This document shows, piece by piece, positions 26,156-41,264 of a stretch of DNA of 64,000 nucleotides. Numbering within the stretch: the stretch's first letter is position 1; every line of letters starts with the position of its first letter. The stretch is taken from positions 24,676,001 through 24,740,000 of the forward strand of contig CM114271.1 in the NCBI GenBank assembly GCA_050084515.1. Reading direction: 5' to 3'. The position numbers and the translations under genes were made by a program. The notes beneath the pieces were generated by a model that saw nothing but the letters and a program-made list of their open reading frames with translations, had not been told where the DNA came from and did no database searches. The stretch comes from Blasia pusilla (Eukaryota).

Positions 26156-29100
26156 CTAAGCCAGATAGTTGTATATTTGAGGATTGCTCTTGTCCCTTTC
26201 AAGGTACTCCCGATCAATCAAGCTCTCAATTCGCTTCTTTAAATCTGCTGGTTTTATGGGAAACTTCAACTGCACACCAGATTACCAAAGAGTACCAACA
26301 ATCTTGAGTCAGAGCCAGTAAAATAGATCAGGAACAACAGGGAATCTAACATGAATATCTCTACAGCAGGCAAACATCCGATTGAACTACAATGACTGCT
26401 CTGCTGAACTATATCCATACATTCAACACCTCTTATGGACGAAACTACCTGTTGGAAGAGTTCTGTGATCAAAAGTGTGTGACTCAGCATCTTTCGCGTC
26501 TTCATTATTCGTACAATAGCAGCATCAATCTGCAAAACCATAACAAGGTACAGCTCAGTTTTGTAGGTGCTAAAGTGTAATCTAAGATGCACCAGACCTT
26601 AACAGATAACAGATAACTCGGCAACAAATGCTGCAGGGTTTTGACATCCAATCCTCGTGGCATAAATTGGGAAACTTGTGATGACTTTTGAGACTATTGA
26701 TAATTCAATATGGATCATATGAACACTCTCATGCTTAGATTTCATGAGTATGTCATCTGGATTGTTAGCTATGAGGAGATCAGCAATCACCAGTGATACA
26801 AAACCTAGACAGACAGCTCCTTCACACAAGACAGAGACCTAAAGTGAAATCATAAACCAGCTCACTAGTGGAATGTAAAGATACTGCCTATCAGTAGAGC
26901 ATCTAGCCCACAACAGGAATTCTTACCATGAATTCCAAGTGAAGGCAAGAAAATTAATCAATGATAATACGCACTCATCTTTCAGTCAAGCCACATCAAC
27001 ATTCTTGTGAAGTAAACGACCAATCTTCACATGGACTACCTCTGACCAGATCTTGGTCTGTCATTTAGAAGAAAAAGGAAAAGTGAACCATCCAATATAG
27101 CAACAGAGAGAATTCAAACACCAGCATTGGATTAGTTGAAAGACCTGGTATTGTCGATCTTGGAAAACTCTCTCCGTCGTACTGGTGTTTTCTTCAACAG
27201 TTTCCTTCAATTGTATTGCATTTACCTGGGTGGCAGGACAACCAAACTGTAAAGATCCTCCTACAACACTTCTGAATCCAACAAGGCTTAATTAACTATA
27301 AAGCTTAGACTCATCATATTCACGCGTTTTGATATACCTTGATGCGAAACAGTGGAGCTACGAACTCTTCATTGAAAACAAAAGTGTCCTCATCTTCAAC
27401 TTCCCTTCCTTTGGGTTGCTGGAAAAACATGTCCAGATTAACAGCAACTTCCATGAGTATGTGAAATGCTTCACTTGAAGACAATCAAACCTTTTTTTTT
27501 CAATCAAATGCCTTTCTTTGATGCAAGAGGTTTAAGTAGTACCTAACCAACTTGGGACTCATTTTAACACTCACGATAAATAAAGGAGTGACATAACAAA
27601 GGGCTGACTGACTTTTGGTTCAAAATCCAGAAGAGTGACCATCATTGTACTGTGCATAATTTGAATGCGCCATAAAGTCCCACACCAGCCAGCACCATCG
27701 AAGCCCTCACTAGAGCAGATGATTCCTTGCATATCTTCAATAGCCATTAATTTGATGACAACAATTGTACTGCGAATAATTTGAATGTATCATCGAGTCC
27801 CACACTACCCAAGACCAACTAAACCCTGACTAGAGCAGACCATCTTTCACATACCTTTAATAGCAGCCTGACTTTCCCACAAGCCAGAGACTGAAGAGTT
27901 CTGCGCAGTTCTTTATCCTCAATGGCTGTTGTGTCCTTTATTTCTTGAAAACTTAGAGTGTGTGCATCATTAAAGAGCATCAAAACCACCGTCTGCAGTC
28001 ACCCACTTCGAGAATCAGCCCTCGGCCCACGTCATGTTGCCAATTCCCAAGGTACCACAAAAGAAAACAATGATTTCAAGGGAGAGAGTTCAATAAGACT
28101 TCCACTGAATTCATCCAAAAAGCCAGAGAAAAATACAGTTATCGCAGAGCAAACTAGACCTGGAAGAGGGAAACTGATAATTCCTTCTTCCCCTTGGGGA
28201 AATTTGCTTTGAGCACACAGTGGCCCAGTGAATTTTGCCACATTAAACGCCGCCCGCTATGCTTACTCAAATAGAACTCCTTGAATATATCCTGCACACA
28301 TGCACTACCACTCATGAGGTCAACTCTTGGTAAATCAACACAAGGATACAAGGTTTCTTGGAGATTATACATTCAAACCCAGCGGAAGAGACGCTGGAAT
28401 TACAAACTTGGTGAAAGAGAACAGACATCTCAGTTGAGACATTAACATAACAAATATGGCTTATCTTAGGTAGACATACACTAGTCTGAAAGTACAACTA
28501 GACACAGACCCAAAGCTAAAACCTGTCAAAGCAAACAGCCTCCACATACTAACCGACCTGAAAAGAGCCAAAGTAGAGTGGCAGAAGTTATCAAAAGCTC
28601 ACAAGGGAAAAACAACGTTACTTAGTTTGGACAAATATAAGCTCAGAAGTATGTAGATTGCATAGACTAACCTGATAGACATTCAATTCATGAGGAAGCC
28701 TGACCTCCATTGGGGGATATGTTGGCCAGTACCTGCAAACAATGTTTTAGAGGCCACAGACTATTATTTTCACAACATCACAATTCAATATGATTGCTTG
28801 GAGCAAAGGCCAATGGATGTGAAACTTGGCCACCTAATACTTCTCAACATAACTGCAAAATCTTCACCACCTTGCTTCTTATAAGAGAAAAGAGCAAGAT
28901 GCAGGAGGGGAATACCCAGTTGTAAGCACATGGACATTCATCTCGATTCCAGAAGGAAGTTTGGTTCGTGCTTGTGCAGACTGCCGGAATGATTCATTGA
29001 TTTCTCTTGACAGTTCAATGTCCTGCAGTAATATCACTCAACATGAATGGTGTCTAAACTCCAACATAACATGGGGAAGAATAAGGAAGCCATTTTGGTC

Positions 29101-32100
29101 CATGCATGCACCAGGTATCAAAAACTGTAGTGGTGTGTAAAATAGCTAAGGAAATCAATATGTTTACCTTAAACATGCCTTCCAACTTGTTTGTAAACTG
29201 GCTCCCACATTCTGTTTTTAGCTGCATAGAGATTTACCAGAACTACGATCATTTAGGTCAACATAATACGTGCAAACAGCTCATTTCACATGCTGTTTGC
29301 ACAGAAGAAAGGCAGAAATTCACTAATGACATACCAAAAGTTTTCAGATCCTAGAAACAAGCTCTAGCTTTTGCAAGTCCATATGGGAGCAGCCAGAAAT
29401 TTTACATAGCTAGAATCTTCCCACTAAGCTCGACTCCCAAGCACTCAGAAGTACCATGAAACAAGTAGTACCTTGGAGATCATAGACTTCTCTGCGTCAA
29501 TAGACGCACTTTTTCCAAGTAACAATCTCTTTGCCAAGTCTTTTTTGTAGAAAGCTTCGAACACATCTTTCCCCTTCATATTGATTTATATCCACGGTCA
29601 GTACATTGTTGAAACATCTTTTCTCTTTCAGAGAGTCAAATTGTGAACTGGTGCTCACTTTCACTTAGAGACTGGCAGGTTTCTTGATAAGTGCAAATGG
29701 CAGTTGATACATTCCCCAACAAGTTGTATTGAAGACTGGCTCAGATATGTCTAGATTACTTACACAAGGTAGTCCAAAAGGGAGAAATATGCACCTGAAT
29801 GAATCTAAAAAGAACCAAAACTTTGTCAAGAGTTCCTTCCAATTCCTCCTCTGAAGTGCCTTTGTTCCCAGCTCTTAATTTTCCATCAATGAACTTTGCA
29901 ATAAGCTCGGCAGGTCGATTCTGTAAACAGTCAGTGTATCAGAAGTCTTTAGATAAAAAAGAAGGAAGATTAGCTACCCTTCCATCCTTATCAAAAAGTA
30001 CTTGGACTACAAAACTTTGCAAAACTCCATGCATTAGTTCACTAGGACTTTCTCAATATGCACAAGTTCCTTGGAAGGGATCTCAGGGACTCCTGTAGTG
30101 CAAAAACTGAAGGAAAGGATCAGAAAACTGACCTGGCGAAGGTTTATGAGATGCTCACAGGCATCCTTAACAGTGTTAGCAAAGCTTTCGTTTTTTGAGA
30201 AGCTTTCTTCCCAAATAGTGTCTAATCTTGCTTTGAGATCCAGGAGAGAAGAAACCATATCTTTATCCTTCTCTTCATCCATGACAATGTCTTGACCAGT
30301 TGCTTTGATGTATGAACTTAATCCTTGCCTTAAGGATTCCAAAGCACTGACTCTAGCGAACAAGGTGTACATTCGTTGCAGATCACTAACTCGATTGCCA
30401 TCCATAAGGATACTGTATCCCTGGAACCAGGACAGTTCTTTGGCATCAGGAATCTTAGAAAGAAAGGAATTTAATTACAATCATTCAATGCATGCAGAGG
30501 AAGGGCTCAAGAGAGGAACTGACAAGAAATTGAGAAAACCCACATAAAAGAAGCGTACATCAGACTTATCATAGAAGGTGGGTAAAATGAATTAAATATC
30601 AATCAGACATACAGACCAGGAAATGCATCATGCTTCAAAGAAAATGGAAGCCCACATTCACAGACAACAACATTAGCATTGTTGAATACCTCTACACCAG
30701 ATTGCATGGTCGATTTGAATATCAAACAACATAAGAAGACAAAGTGAGGAGAACCACATAAGCACTCAATACCACGTTCGGCAAGCCTACTGGTCAATAG
30801 GGCACATGAAAATGTTCGTTCATACTGTAGCTGGATAAATGTCTAGCAAGTAGTACTCAAGAGGGGTTCAATTTGGACCCAAAAAAGTTGTGTATCAATA
30901 ATCTACTGTAAATCTTGAGGAATAAAACTTGACGGAGTTAAAATTCCATCAAAAAGAGACTTGATCCATCACGTTCTGATGTAACTTACTAATAACAACT
31001 GCTATTCTCAACTTTAAAGCCACTGCATCATTTGGAATATAAGACACACATGAGGCTTGATCGTTAACTAGTACAGCAAATTCACCTTTTCAAGAATTGC
31101 ACTGGTGTGACGATCAAGAAGCTGCTTTTCTGCAGTGGCTACTAGCGGCTTCCTTGTAGAGGCATCGAGGTACAGAAGACACCGCTCATTCTCTTCGTGG
31201 AGTCGCACCTACAAAATCAACACACAAGTAGACATCAACACATAGTGAGAGCCATCTCTATAACAATACCTGAGCTTTCAAAGTTGACAATTGTCAGTAA
31301 CAACATGCATCAAATTCTATACACAAGGAAAGATACCCACATTGCATCACTACTTGAGTCCCTACAGCAAGGGACACTGTCACCTCAACCACTGTTGCCC
31401 AAACAAATATTTCATGCAGATACTGGGGATGTGCGGAATGTTGAGAAGGCTTACATTCCTGCCTCAACAATAGCTGATCCTAAAGACGGCTTTACCAGTT
31501 GTGATGCAAGTGTAAGTCCACCAAGACCTCATGTATTCTTTGGCAACAAATTGTCACAAAGCTATGACATGTCCTTCATAAGTACAAAGTTTACCAACCA
31601 ATAAAGTATCTTATCCATGGTTGAAGAACTTCACAACAACAATTCATCATATGCGACAATGTCCATAAAAGCGGCTTTCTGCTGGCCACAACAGTTGACA
31701 GTCGCTACAGTGCATTGTTACAGTTTTCCCTTGTGAAATTGAAACAGGTTCCTAGAACACACTTTCTAGGTTAATTCAGAGATACCTGTAAGAAGTATTC
31801 CTAATGGTGCAAACAAATACAGGGGGGCAAACACTAAACTAGTTGAACATGACTTGTTGTACACAAAGCAACATTGAGCATAGACACACCAACACAAAGA
31901 AAAGCTGACTGAACTTGAAAAAAGGATTTCTGACAATACCTCGACATGTTTAAGGTAGTCTGGGACATCCGTCTGCTGCATAAACCTCGTGCCCTCAGCA
32001 GTGTAAAAATCTGCTGTACACTCAAGGAACGGCCTTTCAAAGCTCTCTGAATAAATGCCAAGAGCACTGAACATGCGCAACAGATGCTTGAGAAGAGTTC

Positions 32101-34366
32101 GATCAACTGTCTCACCCATTCTGAACATCCAAGACATCACCAAAACGTTACAGATACCTTCAGAGCTAATTGCATCCTCCGAGGGTTGCGTAAATAATGT
32201 GAAAAAAACTTTCTTCTTTCTTGTATTGGACATGGCTGTTGGGAAGATAGCAGAAACAACAATCAACTTGGATGAGGATACTTGTTACAGGCTGTTGAAC
32301 ATCAGGAAAAACTAAAGCTACAAAATCCACCATGATGCACAGTTGGGTATTTCAAGGAGGCAACTACCTCTCTTTCTCAATCAATTTCAGTAATCCAGAG
32401 ACAGTCTTGTTCTCAACTTCAGGACAAGCCGAAAGGTGCTTGCGAAATAGAACCAGACCCATATCCCAGAGTGACCGAATATGTGAGGTTTGAATAACAT
32501 AAGTTCGATCTAGATACAGAGCAATACTTCGTATCATGAGCATCTGATCACAATGGTCTTGCCAGCACTTTTCAACATGCGACAAGAAAACCACAGGATC
32601 AGGACTCTGACCAACAAGGGACCGCAGCTTTGTCATGATATGAGTTTCGCATTCTTGTTGAAGCCTCCGGTACAAGTTACTTGACATCTTGTGCAGACAA
32701 AGGTCTTCAGCTGCCTGTAGGTGACCAGCACTTTCAAATATCAATATCATATAGCAGCAATGCACATCACCTCACAGTTGTAGTATCCTCACACATACCT
32801 TCAGATGACCCAATAATAAGGCATGGATTTATTTCTTTTTCTACTTGACTTCCTCTCAACTTTTACAAGCCATAAACAGACGACCTTTGGAAATTCACCT
32901 AGTTGGCAATGTCTAAAGTCCCAAACCCTTCCATCCGTGAAATATCTTCACAAGCATGGGGAAGTTATGGAATTTTATCCAAATGTCATCATTGTTTACG
33001 CTCATCCAGTGTCAAATGAAAACAGCATCCACCCAACAGCAAGCCGGTTGAATAGCCTTAAGACGTTCAGAGGCACAGGTTGGATCTGAACAAAATATAA
33101 GGATTCCGAGCACCGGGCTACACTAAGCTCTGACCAAGGTTGTAATGACACCTTGATGGCTCGACGTTCAGAGAACTCCAATTGTTGGATAAAACGTTTT
33201 ACGATTGTTTGCCTCAAACCGGAGTGAAATGAAAGATGTTCGAACAGAAAATCATATATTTCAGCACCATCTTGCAGGAATGGGAGATACTAACCCGATA
33301 AAGTTCTTCCAGGCTACAAGATACAGGCTGCTTCAAGTGAATTGCCATGACAGCCTCCTTGATCTTGGCCCAAGTTACTTCTTCGAAGTTGGTTGGTAGT
33401 TTAGGTTTATCTGCACAGTACGAACACAACCAAGAACTAAGTAACTTCTTCAATCGATCCTGTGCAACACTATTAGGTCCATTGAGTGCCAGAGGGCCAA
33501 TCATAACGCACACAAATTGCTGTCACATAAGTAGAATGCATAAACTGGTTATCTATCCGTACTGATACATAATAGGTTGGGGTTAGGGAACAGTGTAATC
33601 AAGAAGCAAACGTCCCCATCTCCGGGGTCTAGGATTTGGGCTTCAGTTTGTCCTACACTGTTCCACCTCGATCAGTTAGGTAGAACTGAGGTGCGCGAAA
33701 ACTACAACCGTAACAGACAGAAACTTCATGTATGCATAAACGATGCAATAGAGGTCTTGATTCAGCAATTTTCACATACAACAGATTCCTGAGTTTCGTT
33801 GGGATAGCTAATTGTGAGTAATTCAGAACCTCTCATAGATTTCAGTCGGAGACTCAAATTGGAAGCGCCTCTTACGCTGTAGATGGATTACATGACGTGT
33901 TACATTCAGCCTCATTCCCGTATCAGAAATTCACAAGGGGATGTTCAACCCAACAAGGTTTTGAATCGGAGTTAATGCCTGGCTTTGATAACGAAGCACG
34001 CTGAATAAGGTGAATTTTCTGCAAGGGTGAGTCACAAACCATCAGTTGATCAGAACATGTACCTTTGAAAGGTTTAATAACTAATTTTCTTGCAGGCTGA
34101 GGAGGTGTGGCCTTCTTCCTAGATAAATTGGCCGTGGTCCCGCCACCGCTAATACTCATGGCCATGGCGGGTGTGGGGGCCGAAAGACCATCCCCTTTCA
34201 GGTCTATCATCAAGAGGTCACCAGAGCTGTCTTCGTCGCCGGTTAGATGTTGTGCACCATTTTTCTCAAAGGTATCCAGGGCAGACTGAGGCTTAGGTTT
34301 CTTTGAAGCGGAAAGCATAGTCGACCCGCCAGTTCCACCACTGCTAAGTCTCTTCTTCTGAGACAT
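26156..34366 (-). CDS. CUL4: Cullin-4 (CRL4 E3 ubiquitin ligase scaffold), about 17 coding exons
   Basis: ATG at 34366 (MSQKKR). Motifs include [71 protein letters not shown] and the neddylation motif [13 protein letters not shown]. The C-terminus [24 protein letters not shown] stops at 26156-26158, and the introns are GT-AG. Confidence 0.96.
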
Positions 34367-36323
34367 TAAACTTTCACACCGAGCAGCTCCTAGTGTCACC
34401 ACTACCTGTTACTCTTATCTCCTCCTCACGCATCTCTGCCTTATGAATCTTGTTTCTCGACTCCCACCGACAGTTTCGCTACACTCGATACGACGGCGCG
34501 CTGTGTCCTCCCTTCATCCACGCTTCGAGTGAGCTCCTCGCACTTCCTCCCTGTAATTAATTTTGCTGTCTATGTACTCGTCATCTATCCCTAATGTTCG
34601 AAAGTGTAGGTCACAGATCCCGCGAGCAAATGGAGGCATGCATCCACGCGCCTGAACTCCATTTTTTTCTCGAGTATCTGTCTAATTGACCCCACACGCA
34701 CCAACGTCCGCACCGATTCCACCGCTGAAACCAAACGAGCGCACGAATCCTGCCAAAAGCCCTCGGAAAGTTTGACACCACCGAAGAAGTCGATACCCGG
34801 GTCACTGCTCGCCGCGGCCTCTCTCCTCCGTTGTGAACGCCTGAAACCACTGCAAATCAGCGCGAACACGCGCACAAAAGATACACGGCACAGTCACAAG
34901 AATCATCCCACAATTGACGCAGACGAAATCATCCACGAAGCCCCGAAACGCAACCAGCATCGGACATCACAATCACCCTCGTCCGCTCGACACCACTCCC
35001 GCTCACTCTCCCGTCCCTCCTTTCCTCCGACTCATCCTCCCCACCTGCACCATTCCAATCCGGCTCTGTCAGCGTCACTCCTCCTCGTCAGTCAGCGGGC
35101 CGGTCAGATCGCAGACCGACCGCAGCCAAAACCCCGCACGCAGCAACCTCCCTCCGCACAGCGAGCGCAAGGAAAAGAGCGATGGCACCCCGACGCTCGG
35201 ACCACCAAAGGGGATGGAAGCACCGTGCATCCGTCCAGCAAGCCTCTCTCCACCCACAGAAGAAGAGAGCAGGATGCTAAGCCAGAGCGACGACGAGGGA
35301 GGAGGTTTGGTCTCGGCTGTGGAGGCGGGGGAGGGCCCATTCCTGGGAGAAGACGGGAGGCCGGAACACCGGCGAGAGGCGACGCGTGACGGGGGGTGGC
35401 AATCCGGCGCGCGAAACAGGCGGATGACGGGTGACGGGAGACGGGACGCATGACGCTCTCGCCCATAAGCTTGCTGGCAGCGTAACATTTGGCAGCAATC
35501 CTCCCAAACGGGAGGTCGACACCGGACAGCGCGACGCGTGGCAGAGCCGGCACTCTCCCGGTGCCGGTTGAAGGGCACGGATTAGGGTTTGGCTATCGGC
35601 CTTCGCCCTCGCCGTGCACATCTCCCTCATTACTTCCGCTAATAATTACTCCAAAACTCACGAGTCGTGCATCCATTTCATTCAAACTCCCGAGACGTGA
35701 GACCGGTACCTCCACTATCATCGAGCTTATTACGAAGTAAGACGAACGCACACCCCAAAGATATATACCCTTTCCATCAAAGCGTTTAGGGGCGTTATGT
35801 GACGAGTATTTTTAAACGCTGGAATCAAGTCCCATAGGACGGGAAATGAGAGGGAAACGAGTTTGAACGCATTCCGATGGGTCTTCTTTCTTTCCTCGTG
35901 GAAAAGGGGAGGGAACCGGAATTCAAATAGGGATGCGTGGCCCCGACGCGAGATATCATAGCGAGTGGAGCGGATATTTATTTCTTAATTTATTTGCGCT
36001 GGACATATTTCATAGCACCTTTTTAACATTCTTGAAATAGTTGTGGATTAGTAGGGGTGCAAGGAGGTAATCTTATGCAGAAAACGGGAAAGGATAGAAC
36101 TTCCTTTAACTTGTGAAGGGGAAATTTGACTAGTCATCTTCAATAATTATGTTGTTGAATACGTGACACATACTCGATTAGATCATTTATGTACCTCCCG
36201 TTGTTCAACTTCGTCTCATATTCCATAATAGCCTATGTAATACCCCTAATAGAAGGAGAAGAAAACCGATGTAGAGCATGGTTTGCATTAATAGGAGAGA
36301 TTATCTTTGTGGTGTAGTGTATA

Positions 36324-36351
36324 TTAGGGGTATGCCCATGCTACGCACGAG
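36324..36351 (-). mobile_element. Helitron 3' terminus
   Basis: The minus strand reads CTCGTGCGTAGCATGGG-CATACC-CTAA|T: a GC hairpin of the CCCGTGC..GCACGGG type, then CTRR, then T. Confidence 0.6.
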
Positions 36352-36391
36352 TGAGATCGTACTTCTAAGCAATTGATTATAGTGATGGAGG

Positions 36392-37397
36392 TGTCGTGTG
36401 CGTATTCCTCTCGAACGTCAAACTCAAGTGTTGCGGAAGGTTAAGTTCAATAGGACACGCTCTCACTGCCAATCTACACCCAAACACACTCGCATTAGTC
36501 AAGTCTGAGTCAATCGGCCTTCCAACCCCTCCGAGTTCTCAACTCGGCACCTCATCAAGTTCAACCTTCCCTAATTCCTAGCTTCCCAACACGTGCAAGT
36601 CTTCCGAGACTTGGGACTGAATTTCTCGTTAGTCCAAGCACCTAAAACAGCATTCACGAGCCTATCGGTCCCAACTGTCCAATGGACCGAGACCCAACAA
36701 TATGAGTCGCGCGTTGGAATCCAAAATAGACCTCCGAAATCCACTCTATTAGACTTGATTCGGGTTTCGAATCCCAACGCCAAAACTCCCAATCCATTCC
36801 GTGCCCTTAGGTCGCCCCGCGGCCCCCCAAAGTGGCGTTCGAATTCCAAGCACTCTTGGAGACCTTCCCCTTTACTAGTACTTATCAGGATTTCGGCCCT
36901 CCCCCTACCTTTGGGGAAGAGACACTTGGGCCCCTCTTTTAGAACCTCAATCGGACTCCTTCTACAATCATTCTTTGCCAATATCTCAGCCTCTAATTGT
37001 GCATTTTCTAAAATCTTTAGTGCGTTGGAACCGTCTTTGCATAAGATTTCCAACTCCACCTTACTTGTCCCAAACGCATCTTGTTGATAGAACTTATGGT
37101 CCAAAATACAATCAAAACCTCAAACACTTGTCACGTTCCAAATCCGATCCTTACCCTTACCTCTTTGCCAACCAACCTTCCTAGACTCGACTCCTCTCAA
37201 GTCTTGGTTCACATTTGGTCTAGGTTTCCTAGTCACAACCATAAATGCATGAAACACTCAATCTTGTTTGCGCCTCATCTCTTGTGTCCTTTGCGTCTCT
37301 TCTAAGAGATCACTCCAACACGCAAACCATCCTAGCGTGAGCCCGCTAGAGTTCATATGTTCTCCTTGCCGCTCGTATGGTTATGAGGGTCACAACA
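36392..37397 (-). mobile_element. Solo LTR, same family as 12673-13700
   Basis: On the minus strand it starts TGTTGTGACCCTCATAACC and ends CACGACA, and it is colinear with the other copies. No TSD is retained. Confidence 0.75.
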
Positions 37398-37606
37398 CAA
37401 AAACTCCCTCCATTGCCTATTCCATTTTCACGAATATCCCATTATAAGTTATTTATGGTAGGAGAAGATAAAATTTAGTGTATTGATAATCTTGTCCTCT
37501 AGTGGCATATGCACTTTGTCTTAATAAAATATGTGAGGATGTCCCAACTTTGCACTTATGTTGCAAAGTTGCAACTCGCGCAAAAAATCCTTTTGGCGGA
37601 TACCAA

Positions 37607-37609
<3 letters not shown>

Positions 37610-37670
<61 letters not shown>
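37610..37670. repeat. (GA)n microsatellite, ~30 units
   Basis: Read directly from the sequence. Confidence 0.95.
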
Positions 37671-37673
<3 letters not shown>

Positions 37674-38479
37674 ACAAAAGCCAGCTGCGGATCCAACAAA
37701 TTGTGCGCAAGAGTGTATCAACCAAGACTCTTCAAATGTGCCATGGACAATAGACACCAATGATGATCCGCATGTCCCGTTAGCTACAACAGACACTACT
37801 CCTCCCACCCCGCCCCGTTCAATTGATCGATCAATCAACTAGCTCCAATCTACTTCATTGCATCGGCTCCCACGTATCTGCGAGCCTCTTGCTTCAGGGA
37901 AATACACAGAAGCACAGAAAAAAGGCTCCGCGGAAGCAACACACAATTACAACACCATCAAAACTCCTTCCACAATCAATTCCAACCGAAATCACTACTT
38001 CAGCTCCCACATGGCACTTGTGCAACTCTCCTTCTCCGCTGAAATGCGCACAGGCGCCGGAAACTTAACTCCATGCACCGCGGGGCAAGAAGAAACGGAG
38101 AGGCAGTACTCTTCGCATGACAACAAGGAGGCCAGGAGAGACAAAAGCGCCGAAAACAAAGCTCCGCGCAAGCATCACACAATCACAATATCATGAGAAC
38201 TCCCGCAAGATGGACTGAACATAGTAGGGAGGCGGTGCAAAGCGAGAGAGAGCCCTTCCCTAAGCCTCGTAACAAGTCTCACGACTGTGGCCCCTCTTGC
38301 TTACGCTCACACTTCCTTGCTCGTTCCCCCCAATCGGTAGCTCCTTCTTTGCTTGCTCGCCATGAGTGCGTCTAGAGGGCGCCATGTCATTTGCCACGTA
38401 GGTATGTGAAATTTTGGAATCCCCATTAATTTTGCTCTTTTTTTTTTCATCTAAGTGTTGGTGTACCTTATTTGTATTT

Positions 38480-38774
38480 AGTTTATGACTTAACGCGTTT
38501 AGTCATTTTTCATTCCTTACACAAGTGAGTCATATAAATTTGTTGTATGACTATACATAGGACTGACTACTTGCTAAGTCATTTATAATATGACTATACC
38601 ATATTCTAAGATTTCTCTATGACTTATTCATATTTGTATATGACTAGAACTTTACTATTATATGGTGTGATATGACTTCTATCCGACCGGCAAACATTCT
38701 AGTCATATGTTTGAGTCATGTAGAACCTCAGTCATTCTAGTACTAGTCATAAAAACCACTATTTTCTTCTAGTG
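38480..38774. mobile_element. CACTA/EnSpm terminus with subterminal repeats
   Basis: Ends ...TTTTCTTCTAGTG (reverse complement CACTAGAAGAAAA), preceded by many ATGACT/AGTCAT motifs in both orientations. The partner end was not found. Confidence 0.7.
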
Positions 38775-38949
38775 TGATATCTCTAGATTAATATTTCTGC
38801 ATGATACAATAAGACTCGTTGTGTGATCTCATCTCTCTCCACGTAAAGGTACCAATATACTAGTGTGCTTGCTTGTAACATCGCATCCAATCCAATGGTG
38901 ATAGTTTTGAAGAGATCGAATACTCTAACACCTTTCTCTAGACACCGCT

Positions 38950-41230
38950 ACACAATGGGTGTGGTATCCAATGGTGTCAACGTCTCCACTCCATAAGCAC
39001 GATCATCACTTGACTCTCTTTTCTTCGAGATAAAAGCACAAGTCCACTTTTGCCTCACAAGGTTGTATGCACACCTTTGCAAATCACGAGTAGTACCCCA
39101 ACAATGAAGAGGTCTCAACAGCATGGGAAGACACACCCGCCATGGCATACCTCTCAATGGGAGTATTCACTATCGGGATATCTTTTGCATGTGTGTTTCC
39201 CTTTAATAACTCTCCTCGCTAGCGAACACCACACGTTAATGCGTCCAACGTTATGAGCGTGTTCTTACGTGGTCGACCACCTCGTTTCAAAAACTGCACC
39301 AATAATCGACTCATCCTTCCATCACGTGATCCCCACCTTGGCCAAAAAGCAACGACCTTCTTCCAAAAATCAAGGATGATTCCTAAGGGATGTAACAAAG
39401 TAGTTCCTACTAACACATTGTACGACTCACCTGGTGTGGTGATCACACATGTGCACACCATAGCACTCGCATACTCTCGCTGGACTTTAACGATTATCTA
39501 CTCGAAAAAGTCTAGTATATGACTTTTTCGAGTCATATACTGCATGGATGCTACAATTCCAACAAAGGTTTGTGTTTGAAAGGGACAAGGCGCAATGTCA
39601 CCTTTTCGTAATCCCAACGCCAAACATGTCGCCTTCCCTAACATCAAGGGCTGCTCCTGAATCAAGTAATGCCATAAGAATGATACATTTTACTTTTTTA
39701 ACTAAACAAGCGAAACATTCCAACTCGATTATCCAATTATACCACACATGATGTCATCGTGGCTTGCTCTATCATTGGCCTAGCTTACATATCTACCAAA
39801 ATTTATGCCGCGGTAACCATGATTGAGTGGGGGACATCATGAGCACCTACTTCAAGGGCATGTCCACCACCTTCTCAACAATCATCTTTGTACGATAGGC
39901 AGTCACCTCTCCACACTCACACAACGAGATGGCCAATTATAATAGTTGTGTTAGTCCCAATCCCATCATCGCCAACTATATGGCTGAAAACAAAGGAGTA
40001 TGGCTCAACTTAATGGCCATCTCCAATAACGTGGATGACGATGGCTCCAACCGAGCTGATAGGAGTTATCTCTCCAACTCCTCGTGATGTCGACACACAT
40101 GGCCCACCTATGGGCACCGCTAGTCTTATAGGCACCATTGATGGTGTGTGAAGTGCCTCTGACAACGTAAATGATCAAGGAACTCGGGTGTGTCGCCCAT
40201 CAATCCCCTCTTGTGGGTCAATCTCAACCCCACCTCTTACTGGCTCGGTCATTTTGGAAACTCGTCGAGTTACTATTGCATCAACCTCTACCTAAGCCGC
40301 ACTACACATAAATCCCATACTAGAGAAATCCTCACTTGTATCCTGATAAGATATAGAGGTGCAACCCGACATAGATGCTCTCCAATTCAACTTCATCCTT
40401 GGTTACGTCGTTGTCATGGTCGCAATTCTCTGCTCCAACTAATGGATGCGTGACAGGAGGGCCGCCTCTTATCCACACACTCGATCTCCTCTAGCAAGTG
40501 GTGGGCCTCTACCACCAAGACCAAAACCTCCGTGATCCCCACCAAGACGACCTTCCCGAGGCCCTCGGCTTACCTGTGGACTTTCCTCTTGACAAAGATC
40601 AAAACACCCATCTCGGGTTTGACCATATTGATGGCAATATACCTATTGCAATTATGGTGGGACCATCTTAGGTGGCTCCTGAGCAATCGGAGTGGCCCTC
40701 AGCGCTCTACCATGTTGTTGTCAGTCCCTCTAACCTATATATGGGGCCCAACAGACCATCTTCTGCCCTTGCTAGGCAATGTATGTCACTACGGGTCGTT
40801 GCCTCATGAACTCAAGATACCCGTCCAACTCTCTAGTCACATCGGCGTGCTCCCGTGGTATTGGTTCCCGCCGAGGCACCTATGGGGCTACTCCATCTCG
40901 TGGACTTGTCGAATCTTGAGAAAAATTCCGTGGGTAGCACTTGCTCTTCATTTATATTGAGCTCAATCCGCTCAAATATCTCAAAGACCACCTTCAATAT
41001 GGGCTTCGCCATGTGAAGCATCATTGCATATCAAATCCTCCTTTGTAGCTTTTGGTCCAAAACCTAAGTGGATCAATGAATGGTTCAATATTAGTATTGA
41101 TACTAGCGGGGAATCCAAGGCAACAATACTATTTCTTGGATTTTTTCCTAACAATGCAAATACCCTATTTGCAATTGTGCAGTTGCTTATGAAGGACCAA
41201 GTCCAGTAAAATATTGTTGGGATTCAGACT
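38950..41230 (-). mobile_element. Heavily degenerate Ty3/Gypsy gag-protease fragment
   Basis: The minus strand shows a zinc-knuckle remnant VYCHQYGQTRDGC near 40605-40645 and the aspartic protease motif ALLDSGA near 39650-39670, with many stops. Confidence 0.5.
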
Positions 41231-41264
41231 AGTAGCAACATGGTCCAACTTTCCAAAGATTGTG

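Noticed and set aside
34591-35740. Overlapping 100-205-aa ORFs on both strands
   Set aside because: This is the GC-rich CUL4 leader/promoter, where stops are depleted; the translations are low-complexity.
37453-37763. ERERER/LSLSLS ORFs
   Set aside because: These are translations of the (GA)n microsatellite.
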